A stretch of DNA of 64,000 nucleotides from an uncultured delta proteobacterium (GTDB lineage Bacteria > Desulfobacterota > BSN033 > UBA1163): NCBI GenBank assembly GCA_963708295.1, contig CAVPSJ010000015.1, positions 32,001 to 96,000 on the forward strand. The letters are read 5' to 3'. Shown piece by piece: positions 1 to 10,511 of the stretch. The notes under the pieces were generated by a model. That model saw nothing but the letters and a program-made list of their open reading frames with translations, did no database searches and had not been told where the DNA came from. The position numbers and the translations under genes are program-made. Position 1 is the stretch's first letter; each line of letters starts with the position of its first letter.

Positions 1-18
1 AAACCGCAATCGTAAAAC

Positions 19-2034
19 TCAAAGTCGTCCTTCAACCATCCTCTCCGGCCGAATTTCCCTTCTCATCTGATACAGCCTTTCCGTCACCCGGGGGAAGGCG
101 GACACATCCGTGTGGGGAAGGAACATCGCTGCAATGAATTCACTCATAAACGTGGAATGATTACTCAGTTCGAGGTTCGTCATCATCAAAGCGATTCGTT
201 CGGTTTCCTTCAACAGGTTCTTAGAGAAGGAGAGAAGCCTTGCCCCTAACAGGGAGCCATTTCCGACAAAGATAAATTTCTCGATCTCCATCTCCGGGAG
301 GAGACCGATGAAAATCGCCTTTTCCAGATCAAGATGGCGGCCAAAGCCCCCCGCAATGATCACCTGCTCAAGGTCCCTAAAACCCAATCCGACGCTTTCC
401 AGCAAGACTTTACAGCCTGCATAGATGGCGGCTTTGGTGCGAATCAGGTTTTCGACGTCGATCTCCGTCAGAACGATGTCCTCGTGGATGACGGTTTCTT
501 CTTTTCTTGCAAGGATATATTCATAACCATCCGGCCCGCTTCGGACACGATCTGTGGGAAGGTCCCTTCGGAACTTCCCGTTCTGGTCAATCATCCCTGT
601 CTCCAAGAACTCCGCCACGGAATCAATCAGGCCCGACCCGCAGATACCGATGGGTTTCGACCGTCCAATCGTAAGGATCATCGGTTCGAAAGTTCGAGAA
701 TTGATGCTGACCTCTTCAATGGCACCGCGCGTTGCCCTCATCCCGAATTTAATGCCCGCGCCTTCGAAGGCCGGGCCGGCAGAGCAGGAGACGCTGGCCA
801 TCCAATCTTTATTTCCGAGGACCATCTCTCCGTTGGTGCCAATGTCCATATAGAGGGTAAGGGTTTCCCTTTGGAAAACGCCGGAGCCCAGGATTCCGGC
901 CACAATGTCCCCGCCTACGTAGCTGGCTACCATCGGAAAGATATAGACATGGACGTGGTCGCCGATATTGATCCCCAGGTGAACGGCCCTCACCGGGGGG
1001 ATGAAATTGGCCGTTGGAACATACGGGGATTCTCGAATGTATTTTGGGTCAAGCCCCAAAAGAAGTTGAGTCATTGTCGTATTGCCAGCAATGACCAGAT
1101 GGGAGACCAGGGATTGATCGATCTTGCTCATCTGGAGTAATTCCTGGATGATCTTGTTGATCGTGGAGACAACGACCTCCTGCATCTTTTTCAATCCTCC
1201 AGGCTTCTGGGAATAGACAATCCGTGTGATGACATCTTCGCCGTAACTGATCTGGGCATTATAGTCCGAAGCTTCAGCCAAAGCGAAGAGGGTGGACCCG
1301 TCACAGAGTCCCCCCGGACACGCATAGACCACGCATCCATTGAGGTCGAGGAGTTGGCCAAAGACGGTCGTCGTTCCGATGTCTATAACAATTGAATAGT
1401 TCTGATGGGTATTGTCCCCGGGTTCCACGTTGACCAGTTTATAGCCTTTCTTCGTCTGAACCAGTGTGGCCGTGACCTTCCAGCCCGATTCGCGGAGGAT
1501 GCGACCCAACTTCATGATCACACGGAAATCCGCAGAAATCCCTTCGATGCCATGCTGGCGATCCAGCGCATTGATCAGACGGGTGAGGTCGCTCACATTG
1601 TCCTGAAGCGTGGGAGGGTCGAGCTGAACACATTTCTTGAATACCGCGGGGTCGACATCCCAACCCTTCACGAGCTGGTAGATATCCTGAGGAGACAGAA
1701 GGTATTTGTGAACCCCCCGGTCATCTTTGAGTTTGAGAACCGATTTGTCCACCTGGGATTCGAGAGGAATTTCAACCTCAATATCGCTCCGGATCGAAGT
1801 CAGGCAGGCCAGACGATACCCCTGGTCGTACTCCCACTGGGGTAATTTTGGGTGTCTTGGAGAATCGGCCGTCCCGCTCAGGATTCTGACTTTACATTTC
1901 CCGCAGGTTGCACTCCCGCCGCATGAGGCATTGATATGGATCCCCGCCTCCATGGCGGCCTGGAGAAGATTCTCCTCCTCATTTACGAGAATCTTTCTTT
2001 CACTCGGCAGGAAAGTTACAGTATGTTTCGGCAT
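19..2034 (-). CDS. acsV: ASKHA-domain reductive activator of corrinoid proteins (RACo/AcsV family) with N-terminal 2Fe-2S ferredoxin
   Basis: N-terminal CGGSATCGKC...C 2Fe-2S motif; DIGTTT, DIGTNGE, SCSAGPAFEG, GICGSG and IAGGFG ASKHA motifs; directly downstream of fhs. Start placed at MPKHTV (2034). Confidence 0.88.
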   Translation of the reverse strand: MPKHTVTFLPSERKILVNEEENLLQAAMEAGIHINASCGGSATCGKCKVRILSGTADSPRHPKLPQWEYDQGYRLACLTSIRSDIEVEIPLESQVDKSVLKLKDDRGVHKYLLSPQDIYQLVKGWDVDPAVFKKCVQLDPPTLQDNVSDLTRLINALDRQHGIEGISADFRVIMKLGRILRESGWKVTATLVQTKKGYKLVNVEPGDNTHQNYSIVIDIGTTTVFGQLLDLNGCVVYACPGGLCDGSTLFALAEASDYNAQISYGEDVITRIVYSQKPGGLKKMQEVVVSTINKIIQELLQMSKIDQSLVSHLVIAGNTTMTQLLLGLDPKYIRESPYVPTANFIPPVRAVHLGINIGDHVHVYIFPMVASYVGGDIVAGILGSGVFQRETLTLYMDIGTNGEMVLGNKDWMASVSCSAGPAFEGAGIKFGMRATRGAIEEVSINSRTFEPMILTIGRSKPIGICGSGLIDSVAEFLETGMIDQNGKFRRDLPTDRVRSGPDGYEYILARKEETVIHEDIVLTEIDVENLIRTKAAIYAGCKVLLESVGLGFRDLEQVIIAGGFGRHLDLEKAIFIGLLPEMEIEKFIFVGNGSLLGARLLSFSKNLLKETERIALMMTNLELSNHSTFMSEFIAAMFLPHTDVSAFPRVTERLYQMRREIRPERMVEGRL

Positions 2035-2134
2035 GAACTTAAATCTATTATAACCCGGCCCCACCTTGATTTCGATAGAGGCGGGGCCGGAAAATGACGT
2101 TAAACCACGGAATCGGTAACGCTCTCTCTTCTTG

Positions 2135-3919
2135 TCAAAAGAGCCCGCTCACTTTTCCGGTATTCACATCCACATCGACCCTTCTGTAAGCAGGATCCGA
2201 ACCCGTTCCTGGCATCAGACTGATCATCCCGGCCATCGGACAAAGGAACTTGGCGCCCCCGAAGATCAGGACGTCACGAACGGGAAGAATCCACCCTTTG
2301 GGCACCCCCTTGACGGTCGGATCATGCGTCAGGCTTAAATGGGTCTTGACCATCATGGTATTAAAGTCTTTCAAATTGGGATCGGCCTCAAATCGTTTGG
2401 CTTTGGCCTCAGCGTCGGGAGTCCATGAGACACCGGCAGCCCCGTAGACTTCTTTGGCAACCTTTTCAACCCTTTGACGGAGGGGCATTTCAAGAGGATA
2501 GAGAAATTTGAAATTGGGTTTTTCTTTGCAGGCTTCCATAACCACGTCGGCGAGCTCCAGAGCTCCATCTCCACCCTTCAGCCAGTGTTCAGAAAGGGCA
2601 CACCGGGCTCCTGCCTGCTCGGCATATTTTCGGACCATTGCGATTTCATCTTTGGTATCGGTGTGGAAAGCGTTAATGCAGACGACCGGATTGATGCCTG
2701 ATTTCCTGATCACACCAATGAGGTGAGTCATATTTTCAATTCCTTTCTCAAGGAGTCCAAGGTTTTCCTTGGAGTACTCCTCAGGAAGGGGACGTCCCGG
2801 CACGACTTTTGGCCCGCCGCCATGCATCTTCAGAGCTCGAATCGTTGACGTCAGGATTGAAACGTGTGGCGTGAGGCCGCTTAGCCGGCATTTCACATTC
2901 CAGAATTTCTCAAAACCAATATCCGCGGCAAAACCGCTCTCGGTGACATGGTAATCGAACATCTTCAGGCCGATGCGGTCACCGATGATGGAGGATTGCC
3001 CGACGGCGATATTGGCAAAAGGTCCGGCGTGGACAAAGCAAGGCTGGTATTCCGTGGTCCACAATAACGTGGGATTGATGGTATTCCTCATCCATGCGCA
3101 CATCGCCCCTGCTACCTCGAGGTCTGTCGTCGTGACAGGCCTGCCGGACTTATCGTAAGCCACGACAATCTTTCCCAGTCTCTCACGAAGGTCTTTCAAA
3201 TCCCGGACGACGGCAAGGATGGCCATGAGTTCTGAGCTCACGGCGATACCGAATTTGGACTGCATCGCAAAGCCATCCATTTTGCCGCCGAGGCCAATTA
3301 CAATGTTCCGCAAAGCTTGAGCACAGAAATCCATGATCCAGCCCATCTCGACATTGGTGGGATCGATGTCGAGGCGTCTGAGCTTCCGCTTTGCCAGCTC
3401 CGCGTCGTCATAGTTTCGTTCGTGCTGCATCCGGGAAGTCAGAGCGACCATGGCCAGGTTGTGGGCGTTCATAATATCGTTGATGTCCCCTGTCAGACCG
3501 AGGGAGAACTCCGTCATCGGAATGAGGAGAGATTTTCCTCCTCCAGCCGCCGTTCCTTTCACGTTCATGGTTGGCCCCCCCGAAGGTTGGCGGATGCAAC
3601 CACCGACGTTCTTCCCTCTCTTACCCAACCCCTCGATCAAACCCATCGAAGTGGTCGTTTTTCCCTCTCCCAAAGGAGTCGGTGTAATCGCCGTTACCTC
3701 GATATACTTTCCATCGGGCTTATTCTTGAGCCGGTCCATTATTTTCATAAAATCGACTCTGCAGAGCTTCCCCATAGGAATGATTTCTTCTTTCTTAAGT
3801 CCGAGCATCTCCTGGGCTTGGTCAATCGTAGGCATCTCTTCTTCCGCGATCTCTGCAATCTGCCAATCCGCCAATTTCCTCGGATCAGCATCCATATACT
3901 TTTTTGAAATCTTGGCCAT
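2135..3919 (-). CDS. fhs: formate--tetrahydrofolate ligase
   Basis: [40 protein letters not shown] and [14 protein letters not shown] motifs; purine-rich RBS before MAKISK. Confidence 0.97.
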   Translation of the reverse strand: MAKISKKYMDADPRKLADWQIAEIAEEEMPTIDQAQEMLGLKKEEIIPMGKLCRVDFMKIMDRLKNKPDGKYIEVTAITPTPLGEGKTTTSMGLIEGLGKRGKNVGGCIRQPSGGPTMNVKGTAAGGGKSLLIPMTEFSLGLTGDINDIMNAHNLAMVALTSRMQHERNYDDAELAKRKLRRLDIDPTNVEMGWIMDFCAQALRNIVIGLGGKMDGFAMQSKFGIAVSSELMAILAVVRDLKDLRERLGKIVVAYDKSGRPVTTTDLEVAGAMCAWMRNTINPTLLWTTEYQPCFVHAGPFANIAVGQSSIIGDRIGLKMFDYHVTESGFAADIGFEKFWNVKCRLSGLTPHVSILTSTIRALKMHGGGPKVVPGRPLPEEYSKENLGLLEKGIENMTHLIGVIRKSGINPVVCINAFHTDTKDEIAMVRKYAEQAGARCALSEHWLKGGDGALELADVVMEACKEKPNFKFLYPLEMPLRQRVEKVAKEVYGAAGVSWTPDAEAKAKRFEADPNLKDFNTMMVKTHLSLTHDPTVKGVPKGWILPVRDVLIFGGAKFLCPMAGMISLMPGTGSDPAYRRVDVDVNTGKVSGLF

Positions 3920-4285
3920 GTGCTTTGCTCCCCCTTTCTTTTTCAAATGGTTTTATGATTTCGTGTCTTTCATTTGCGCCGACTCGCAAAAGTTCAACGA
4001 TGATTCCGGGTTTGGATTCGAGAATCCCCCCTCGTACTGCATAAATTGTCGTAAAAAAAGATGATGGTGATTAGTGGCTACGGGCAGCTGAATTTCTTAT
4101 TAGATTCTTTATGTTACACTCCACCCAGCATCTTTTCCATATAAACTAATAGGGTCAATTTGTCAAGCAAAATCCAATACAATTTGACTTAAGTTTTTAC
4201 AACCAGATGAATTCTTTGGGATAATCAAACACTTGCCCTTCCTCAGCAGAGATTCTTTCTCCATCATACATAGGGGGAGACGGAT

Positions 4286-5422
4286 TTAACTTTTCCCCTG
4301 CTGGAGAAACCTTTTTAATCCTTTTTTGTCCAGCCTGGAGAGCCCGAGTTGTTTAACCCCTCTGCCGGTCTTCCAGTAATCGGTCCGATTGATAACGGAG
4401 GCCAATTGAATGACAGCGTCGTGAGTCGGGGTGGGAACTCCAAGAAGGTTTCCCAGCGTCGCGATGAGAACCATTCCGTAAGGAACATCTTCGGTCACAT
4501 ATCGGTCTTTCAAATGTTCGGGACCTTTCATCTTGATTCCCGCATAAATCCCGTCTTTTCCGAAAGCGGCATCCATGCTGGTGTTCAGGATCCGGTGCCG
4601 GCATTCCTCTTCCGTCTCGCCCAGGTTGTAGTTTTTGAATTCGAGGTTGTCCCAATGATAAAGCTGATAGCCCAGGGCCTTGCAGAGAGAGAGCCTTTCC
4701 TCATTGAGAGATTCATAGGTTCTTGCCACGGTGGGCGTCATTCCCTCGGCATAAAGATAGAATTCGCCTCTCGAATGTTCAATTCGTGTCGCGCTGAGAA
4801 GAGTGGCGACCGGATGCACGATGGGGTTGGGGTTATTGATGGCCGCTTCCAAAACATCCCTGGCAGGATGAATCATAGGAAAGTATTGCCTCAGTTTAGG
4901 AATGATTTCTGAGGTTTTCTCCGATGGGAAGACACCTGTGGGAAGCATGACCGCATTGATGAGCACCGAGACATGGCCAGGGCCCTCGAGCCTCGCACCA
5001 TAGGGGAGGGTGCAGCTTTCAGCGAAGGCAATTTCTTTCTTCACTTTTTTTTGCCTGAAGATGTTTATGAATTCAAGGCTCCCTCCTGAACCGGGCATGA
5101 GCACGATGATTTGTCCGCTCCGGACAAGAGGGGCACAGACTTCGGCCATGGCTTTATGGCCGAACGCAGGGACGATGACAAAGATGACCTCCGGCTCCTC
5201 GAGGGCCCGTCGAAGATCGGTCGTCACGAGGTTTAATTTGGCGACTCCATCCACGGATACCCCGTCGATCCGGATCTCCTTTGTCCGAAAGACCTTTTCA
5301 AGAGGTTCGGCAAACCCCGGGAGTTCGAACAAATTAACCTTGATTCCGGCGAGGGCAAGGTTCGCTGCCACGGCATGACCGCCATTCCCCCCACCCAGGA
5401 TCGCCACCGGCCCTTTTTCCAT
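4286..5422 (-). CDS. NAD/NADP octopine/nopaline (opine) dehydrogenase family protein
   Basis: VAILGGGNGGHA Rossmann motif; NPNPIVHP and RYVTEDVPYG motifs. Confidence 0.88.
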   Translation of the reverse strand: MEKGPVAILGGGNGGHAVAANLALAGIKVNLFELPGFAEPLEKVFRTKEIRIDGVSVDGVAKLNLVTTDLRRALEEPEVIFVIVPAFGHKAMAEVCAPLVRSGQIIVLMPGSGGSLEFINIFRQKKVKKEIAFAESCTLPYGARLEGPGHVSVLINAVMLPTGVFPSEKTSEIIPKLRQYFPMIHPARDVLEAAINNPNPIVHPVATLLSATRIEHSRGEFYLYAEGMTPTVARTYESLNEERLSLCKALGYQLYHWDNLEFKNYNLGETEEECRHRILNTSMDAAFGKDGIYAGIKMKGPEHLKDRYVTEDVPYGMVLIATLGNLLGVPTPTHDAVIQLASVINRTDYWKTGRGVKQLGLSRLDKKGLKRFLQQGKS

Positions 5423-5649
5423 TCGAAAAAAACCCGAGCTTTCGATTTTGTGCCTTACACTAAAATTACTCCATCTCTGGAGAAAAAACAAGAAAGTTTC
5501 TATTCCGTTTCTTTATGATCCAGATGGAGACCAGTAGGTTGAAAATGCATGACTGAGGTGTTATATAGATTGCCGGTCATTCTATTGGGGATCCCCAAAA
5601 AGGGCGGTTAGGACAAGAGATCATTTAGTAAAACAAAGGAGGAGAATTT

Positions 5650-6201
5650 ATGAAAATGGAACGTTTCTTGGCGATCTTTTTCGCGGTGGGCGTGGTTCTG
5701 GGAACGAGCAGCCTGGGGATGACTGCGGAGGTGAGTCTCAAAGATTATGACGCGGTGGTTGTTCAGGATCTTGAAGTTCCCTCAGGCTCGCCGGCGCCTG
5801 AGTCTGCAGGAATGCAGATGGCCGAGAAGGCAGTTTACCAGATTAAGAGGTATAACCAGAGTAACAAGCTCTTCGACACAGTCGTTAAACAAGTCGGAAA
5901 AGGAAGCCAAGAAACCCCTTCCGGGAAAAAGGTCCTCATCATAACGGGAGAAGTAAGGGAGTGGACGCCTGGAACGGTTGGGGGGCGTATAGGGCGGTCC
6001 TTCATACCAGGCGTTGGAGGTCATGTCGGTTCGGCCTATTTTGCTGCCCACTATAAGTTCATCGATAAAGAAAGCGGAAAGGTTATCTATGAGACCGACC
6101 TTCGGACATCGTCTACAGGTTCGAATGATACCGTAGAGTACGCCATGGATAGAAACGGCGAGGCCTTGGCCAAGGTTATTACCAAGGCCAAAGGGAAGTA
6201 A
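5650..6201 (+). CDS. secreted protein, DUF4410-like
   Basis: Strong RBS (aaggaggag), signal peptide, and a 'LIITGEVREWTPG..GR..IPGVGG' pattern typical of DUF4410. Confidence 0.6.
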   Translation: MKMERFLAIFFAVGVVLGTSSLGMTAEVSLKDYDAVVVQDLEVPSGSPAPESAGMQMAEKAVYQIKRYNQSNKLFDTVVKQVGKGSQETPSGKKVLIITGEVREWTPGTVGGRIGRSFIPGVGGHVGSAYFAAHYKFIDKESGKVIYETDLRTSSTGSNDTVEYAMDRNGEALAKVITKAKGK

Positions 6202-6270
6202 GCTTTACCGTTCGGCCGCGCGAGGCTTCACCTTTTAAGGTGTAGAAAAAGGCGCGGCTTCGCGCGATAG

Positions 6271-6392
6271 ACCTTTCGACAAGCTCAAGCGACACTGAGT
6301 TTATCGAAGTGCAGCGTGAACCTTAAGCTCTCGGCTCGACTGAGCTCGCCGAAATCTCGGGTCGAAGGCAAGTCCGAGCCTTTAGGTCGGGG
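6271..6392. repeat. REP-like palindrome followed by a dispersed repeat
   Basis: ttcgacaagctca...tgagtttatcgaa hairpin; 6346-6392 closely matches 38580-38625 (tcgccgaaRtctcgggYcgaaggcaa...gccttYaggtcgggg). Confidence 0.65.
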
Positions 6393-6625
6393 TTTGAATG
6401 GTTCACTCGTTCACTCATTGACAGAACGCCGGGATCCAATTCAATCCGATCATGATGACGGGGGCAGAAATGCCCCCTTTCTTCTTCATATGGCCTTTTC
6501 CAGTCTCCCACCATTTGGTTCCTATACGGCATTGTAACTCGCCGAGTTTTCGACTCTTGCAATCTTCACGGTCTGTGAATTGATTTACTTCCATCCAATG
6601 GTTACCTTTTTTGTGAGGGGTAACG

Positions 6626-7153
6626 ATGAGTATGAAAAGTTCATGGTTCTTTCGTCTCTTTGTGCTTGGCTTGCTGTGCATATCTGTGAGTGCCGCGGGA
6701 TGTCTTTTCACCGGCGGAACGCCTCCATGGAGCGGAAGCGGCTTTATCAGAAAAGAACTCCTGGAATACAGGAGAGCTGCTGTCCTGCCCTTTCAGGGTG
6801 ACCCGAAAGGCGAGGCGTCGCATGCCTTTGCGGAAGACTTCCACGAGAAGTTTCCACAGATCGGGCTGGTTAGGCGGGAGGAGGTTTTGGGGGCTTTTCA
6901 AGAGCAAGAATTGTATTCGAATCGGATAGACGAAGCCACCAGAAGAAAGATTGGCCAGGTCTTCGGTGTGCAAGCCCTCATCGTAGGGAATGTCTATTAT
7001 CCAAGCATTCTCCGTTGGTTGTTGCAGATTCAGGTGATCGATGCCGAAAGCGGACAGATTACAGGACGCTCCTTCGTCGAGATAAATTACGCCGGGGCAG
7101 AAGGAGTGAAAGAAGCCTGCAAAATTGCGGTGAAGAACCTGACTCTTAGATAG
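6626..7153 (+). CDS. lipoprotein, CsgG/HfaB/TolB_N-like fold
   Basis: Lipobox-like AAGC; 'AAVLPF' and 'ATRRKIGQVFGVQALIVGNV' patterns. Confidence 0.65.
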   Translation: MSMKSSWFFRLFVLGLLCISVSAAGCLFTGGTPPWSGSGFIRKELLEYRRAAVLPFQGDPKGEASHAFAEDFHEKFPQIGLVRREEVLGAFQEQELYSNRIDEATRRKIGQVFGVQALIVGNVYYPSILRWLLQIQVIDAESGQITGRSFVEINYAGAEGVKEACKIAVKNLTLR

Positions 7154-7218
7154 TTAAAGACGCCATGGTGCGCATTCACCTTACGCTTTGACATTCAAAG
7201 TATCGGATGACTGGTATC

Positions 7219-7329
7219 CTATGAGCGACAGCAAACCCCACCGCAGCAAAGATCATGGCAGGGTGGCTCGTACCAGCAACAATCATACAGATCGCCCTTC
7301 ACCTTTGTTTTTTTCTCACTTTTTTTCAT
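7219..7329 (-). CDS. small Cys-rich peptide MKKSEKKTKVKGDLYDCCWYEPPCHDLCCGGVCCRS (36 aa)
   Basis: Translated by hand; GGGAG RBS 7 nt upstream of ATG; TAG stop; 7 Cys in the C-terminal 20 residues. Confidence 0.6.
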   Translation of the reverse strand: MKKSEKKTKVKGDLYDCCWYEPPCHDLCCGGVCCRS

Positions 7330-7456
7330 TTTAATTCTCCCTTTTTAAATTTAACAACTGAGCTCAAGAAATCAAGCTCAAAGGAGAATTCAGCTCTCTC
7401 CAGAGACTAACCTTAGTCCTAACCCGGAACCATTCCACCTTGAGAATTCCTCGGTC

Positions 7457-7888
7457 TCAATACACGATTAGGAAAACCTGATATAGGACTACGGTCATGT
7501 AGACGGCACTGATCCCCCAAAGAACGGGCATCACGGGCCGGAATTTGCTATGGAGACATAGTAAAATCAGGGGGATGGAGACCGTAAAAAATTTCCAGAT
7601 CCAAAATTTGTCCCCAAAGAGTTGAATGGCAGAGCAAACCACGGGGTTCATCTCCTGCCCGCCATCCCTTAGAATCACCATGGTCAGAAATGCGTCGAGA
7701 ACATTCAAGCCTAAAATCACAACGAGAAGAAAAAGTAATCCCGAACCGTAACGGTCTACATACCCCCCGGTTTCTTGATCTTTACTCCGCCGAAAGATCC
7801 TCCTTCGACCTGCAAGGATAAACCTGCTGAGTCCGCGCGTGGGGTGCCTTCTACGATCTTTTAGAAATCGTCTATCCGATTTTCTCAA
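7457..7888 (-). CDS. DUF5658-family membrane protein
   Basis: DRR/RRR basic N-terminus, 'YVDRY', 'LNVLDAFLT..L..GG.EMNP' motif, three to four TM segments. Confidence 0.75.
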   Translation of the reverse strand: MRKSDRRFLKDRRRHPTRGLSRFILAGRRRIFRRSKDQETGGYVDRYGSGLLFLLVVILGLNVLDAFLTMVILRDGGQEMNPVVCSAIQLFGDKFWIWKFFTVSIPLILLCLHSKFRPVMPVLWGISAVYMTVVLYQVFLIVY

Positions 7889-8235
7889 ATGGAGGTGCCC
7901 CCGTTATGGCTATAGATCCGGGTTCGCGCCTTTTCCATCCGGGACAATCCGGAGAAGTGCCGCTTAAATTTGATATAATAGCCGTTCAGCATGTTAAGAA
8001 ATTTCGACGCGTAATGATACTCTTCCCAACACTCCCAGAAGTGACCCATTTTCCAAACGATCTCCGTTTCCACCCTAAAGCTCTCATACTCCGTGCCTAT
8101 TGGAAAAGAGATTTTCATATGGATCCTCTTTCCAGGAGGGAGGTGTTTAAAAGCTTGAACGCAGAGGCAGGCCGCCGCACTTACTGGAATTTGATCGCTT
8201 CTCTCGAGACCAACAGGCAATCCGATTAAAATCAT
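7885..8235 (-). CDS. degenerate PilZ-like domain protein
   Basis: 'G.RIHMKISFP.G....FRVETEIVWK' resembles the PilZ beta-barrel C-terminal half; RxxxR is not evident; overlaps the DUF5658 start by 4 nt. Confidence 0.45.
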   Translation of the reverse strand: MILIGLPVGLERSDQIPVSAAACLCVQAFKHLPPGKRIHMKISFPIGTEYESFRVETEIVWKMGHFWECWEEYHYASKFLNMLNGYYIKFKRHFSGLSRMEKARTRIYSHNGGTSI

Positions 8236-8340
8236 TGGGATATCTCCTTTTCTTGATCAATAAACGAATGGAATTTCTGGCTCGAATTAAGATCTGCTGA
8301 CAGGCCGATTCGAATCCCGGTCAGTCTCCAGATGAATATT

Positions 8341-8586
8341 CTATCTTGTCAAATGAGTTGAATTCATAAGTTTCCATATGAGAATGGTTTTCTTAATACT
8401 GAATATTAAGTGCAATTGTTTGACTTTCTTATAAAGACCTACTTTTCCGTTTGGCATCTGTTCCCTCCCAAAAATGAGAATGACCTTCTCGATCGCCCTT
8501 GCTACCCGAAACGCAACGGGCTTCCCGATTTTCTTTCTAAGCCGATAATACAGGGACATGTTTTTGTTAATGAGAAAGCTTCTCAT
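8341..8586 (-). CDS. hypothetical basic protein
   Basis: Co-oriented ORF between the sigma54 site and the PilZ-like gene; no recognisable motif. Confidence 0.3.
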   Translation of the reverse strand: MRSFLINKNMSLYYRLRKKIGKPVAFRVARAIEKVILIFGREQMPNGKVGLYKKVKQLHLIFSIKKTILIWKLMNSTHLTR

Positions 8587-8680
8587 CCGGCCCTCAGTCG
8601 GGTTAAAAACATTTTTTGTGTCCTGGTCTCACACTAAGTTCTGGGCGAAAAGTCATGTTCGTTTCTCTTCTTAAAGAAGA

Positions 8681-8695
8681 GCAAGACCTGTACCA
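8681..8695 (-). promoter_or_regulatory. putative sigma54 (-24/-12) promoter
   Basis: Minus strand reads TGGTAC-AGGTC-TTGC, matching the TGGCAC-N5-TTGC consensus with correct spacing. Confidence 0.6.
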
Positions 8696-9111
8696 AATGG
8701 GGCCAACACTTCCTTTGATGTCAACTGTTACAGGCGGATGACAATTCACGACAATTCATATAAAATTCCTCTAAACTCGAAGGGTGATCAAGGAGAGAGC
8801 GAAGTAGAAGTGATTTTCACAAAAATCCCGAATCCTTTCCCCCAAAAGAGGAATAGTTTTCCTGTCTTTGTCCGGCTCGGGGATGCTGCGACAAGGCGAG
8901 TTTCAATCATCTAACAGGGATGGCGTATCCAAGGGGAGGGCGCTCGGTCCTTCGCCAGGCGAATTTCCCCGCGAGGCTTTGAACCGCCGGGGAAAACAAT
9001 TGAACCAAGGACTTGAAATTGAAGGAAGTGATGACTAAATATAAATTGTTAAACGGGCGCCTCATTGGCGCCGGAGGTTCAAGAAGTTTAAACGGAAAGG
9101 AGGAACGAAAA

Positions 9112-10047
9112 ATGAACAAAATGGAAAAAGTTCTTTTTGTGCTTGGATCCATTTTTTGCTTAGTCTTTCTCGGCAGTAGCGCTTTTTCCCAGGGCTACAG
9201 CAGTGAGTTCCCTGCGGGAACCATCGGACCGACGTATGAACCGACGGGGTCGGGTTTCTACGAAGCCAGTTGGTTGATCGGTCACCGTGTGAGGACGACG
9301 ACCAATGGCGCTTTGGGGCAGGTCGACAGCCTCGTGATCGACAAGACGAACGGACGTGTTGCTCTGGTCGTCCTTTCGGGTGTTCCGAACATCGGGGGTG
9401 AGGCACTGCCCATCCCGTTTAGCTCGATTACAAACATCGGTGCAGGAACTTGTGACTTCAATCCCGGCGGTATGGAAATAGGGGTAGCTCCGGGTGCCTA
9501 TTATCTGAATGAGGACCCGACCGTTTATGCGCTGACGTATCATTCGAGCTGGTCTAAGTTCTACGGCCTCCCGTCGGTGATGGATGCTGCCTGGCTGACT
9601 GAAATCTACAGGCACTATGGTCAGCCCCCTTATTGGACCGAAAGAGGAGCAAAAGCCCCAGAAGCGATGGAGCTGTTTGAAACGAGTAAACTCATGGGTG
9701 CGACGGTTGAGCTGCGAGATGGAGGCACGGCAGGTCGGATCAATGATTTTGTCATTGACCCATCGGGTGGGCAGATCGCTTTCTTAGTCCTTTCCGATGT
9801 TTCCGGAAGATCTACCGATTTGGTTGCTGTTCCGTTCGGTATTGTATCCGCTCGGGGTGGCGATATCTTTGTGCTCGATACCACCAGGGAGCAGCTGGCA
9901 TTGGCCCGCGGCTTTGACGAGTCCAACGACCTGAGCCGTACGCGATGGGCCGGAGACGTCTACCGATACTTTGGCCAGCAACCATACTGGACGGAGCCGA
10001 TGGAAATGGCCCCTGCCTCTGAAGAATCTGAGGGGATGATGGAGTAA
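9112..10047 (+). CDS. secreted tandem PRC-barrel domain protein
   Basis: Two repeats of 'ASxLxGxxV...G.(V/I).(S/D)(L/F)VID...G.(V/I)A..VLS...P(F)...YR(H/Y)(Y/F)GQ.PYWTE'; RBS aaggagg; signal peptide. Confidence 0.85.
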   Translation: MNKMEKVLFVLGSIFCLVFLGSSAFSQGYSSEFPAGTIGPTYEPTGSGFYEASWLIGHRVRTTTNGALGQVDSLVIDKTNGRVALVVLSGVPNIGGEALPIPFSSITNIGAGTCDFNPGGMEIGVAPGAYYLNEDPTVYALTYHSSWSKFYGLPSVMDAAWLTEIYRHYGQPPYWTERGAKAPEAMELFETSKLMGATVELRDGGTAGRINDFVIDPSGGQIAFLVLSDVSGRSTDLVAVPFGIVSARGGDIFVLDTTREQLALARGFDESNDLSRTRWAGDVYRYFGQQPYWTEPMEMAPASEESEGMME

Positions 10048-10149
10048 ATCCAGAGAGGACCGGTTACTAGAAAAGAAGGCCCCCCTTTGAGAACAGCGAG
10101 TGAAATGATTCCTCGCTGTTTTTTTGTGGCCCCGATTTTAGCCAAGCCT

Positions 10150-10400
10150 TGCCATGCGACGACCGTAGCCATGGAGCGCCATCGGGTCGTCTGGATAGCT
10201 GCGCGATTAACGCTCAAATCAGGGTTGACGTTTGTGCGATGGTTGATGTTTACCTGAACGGAATGGTGGGGCCAATCCCAGTGCCCCCAGGCATGCCCCG
10301 ACGCTCTACCCACGACGATCCTGGGCCAGAATCCGAATCCCCTGACGATCACTATCCCCGGGGAGGGGGGAAGAAAAAGGGAGAAAGGGCTTGGGCAAGA
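10150..10400 (-). pseudogene. fragment resembling a DUF3300-family protein C-terminal region
   Basis: 'GFGFWP.IVVG...WGHWDW.HHSV.VNIN..TNVN' pattern without the N-terminal domain; boundaries approximate. Confidence 0.4.
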
Positions 10401-10511
10401 CCTGCTCCAAGGCATCCGAAAAATCCGATTGCCTCAATCCTGCCAATCTGGTAAGCTTCTCTGAGACGGAAGATCCCCGTCGGCAGGCTTATCCTTTAGG
10501 GAAACTCCCGC

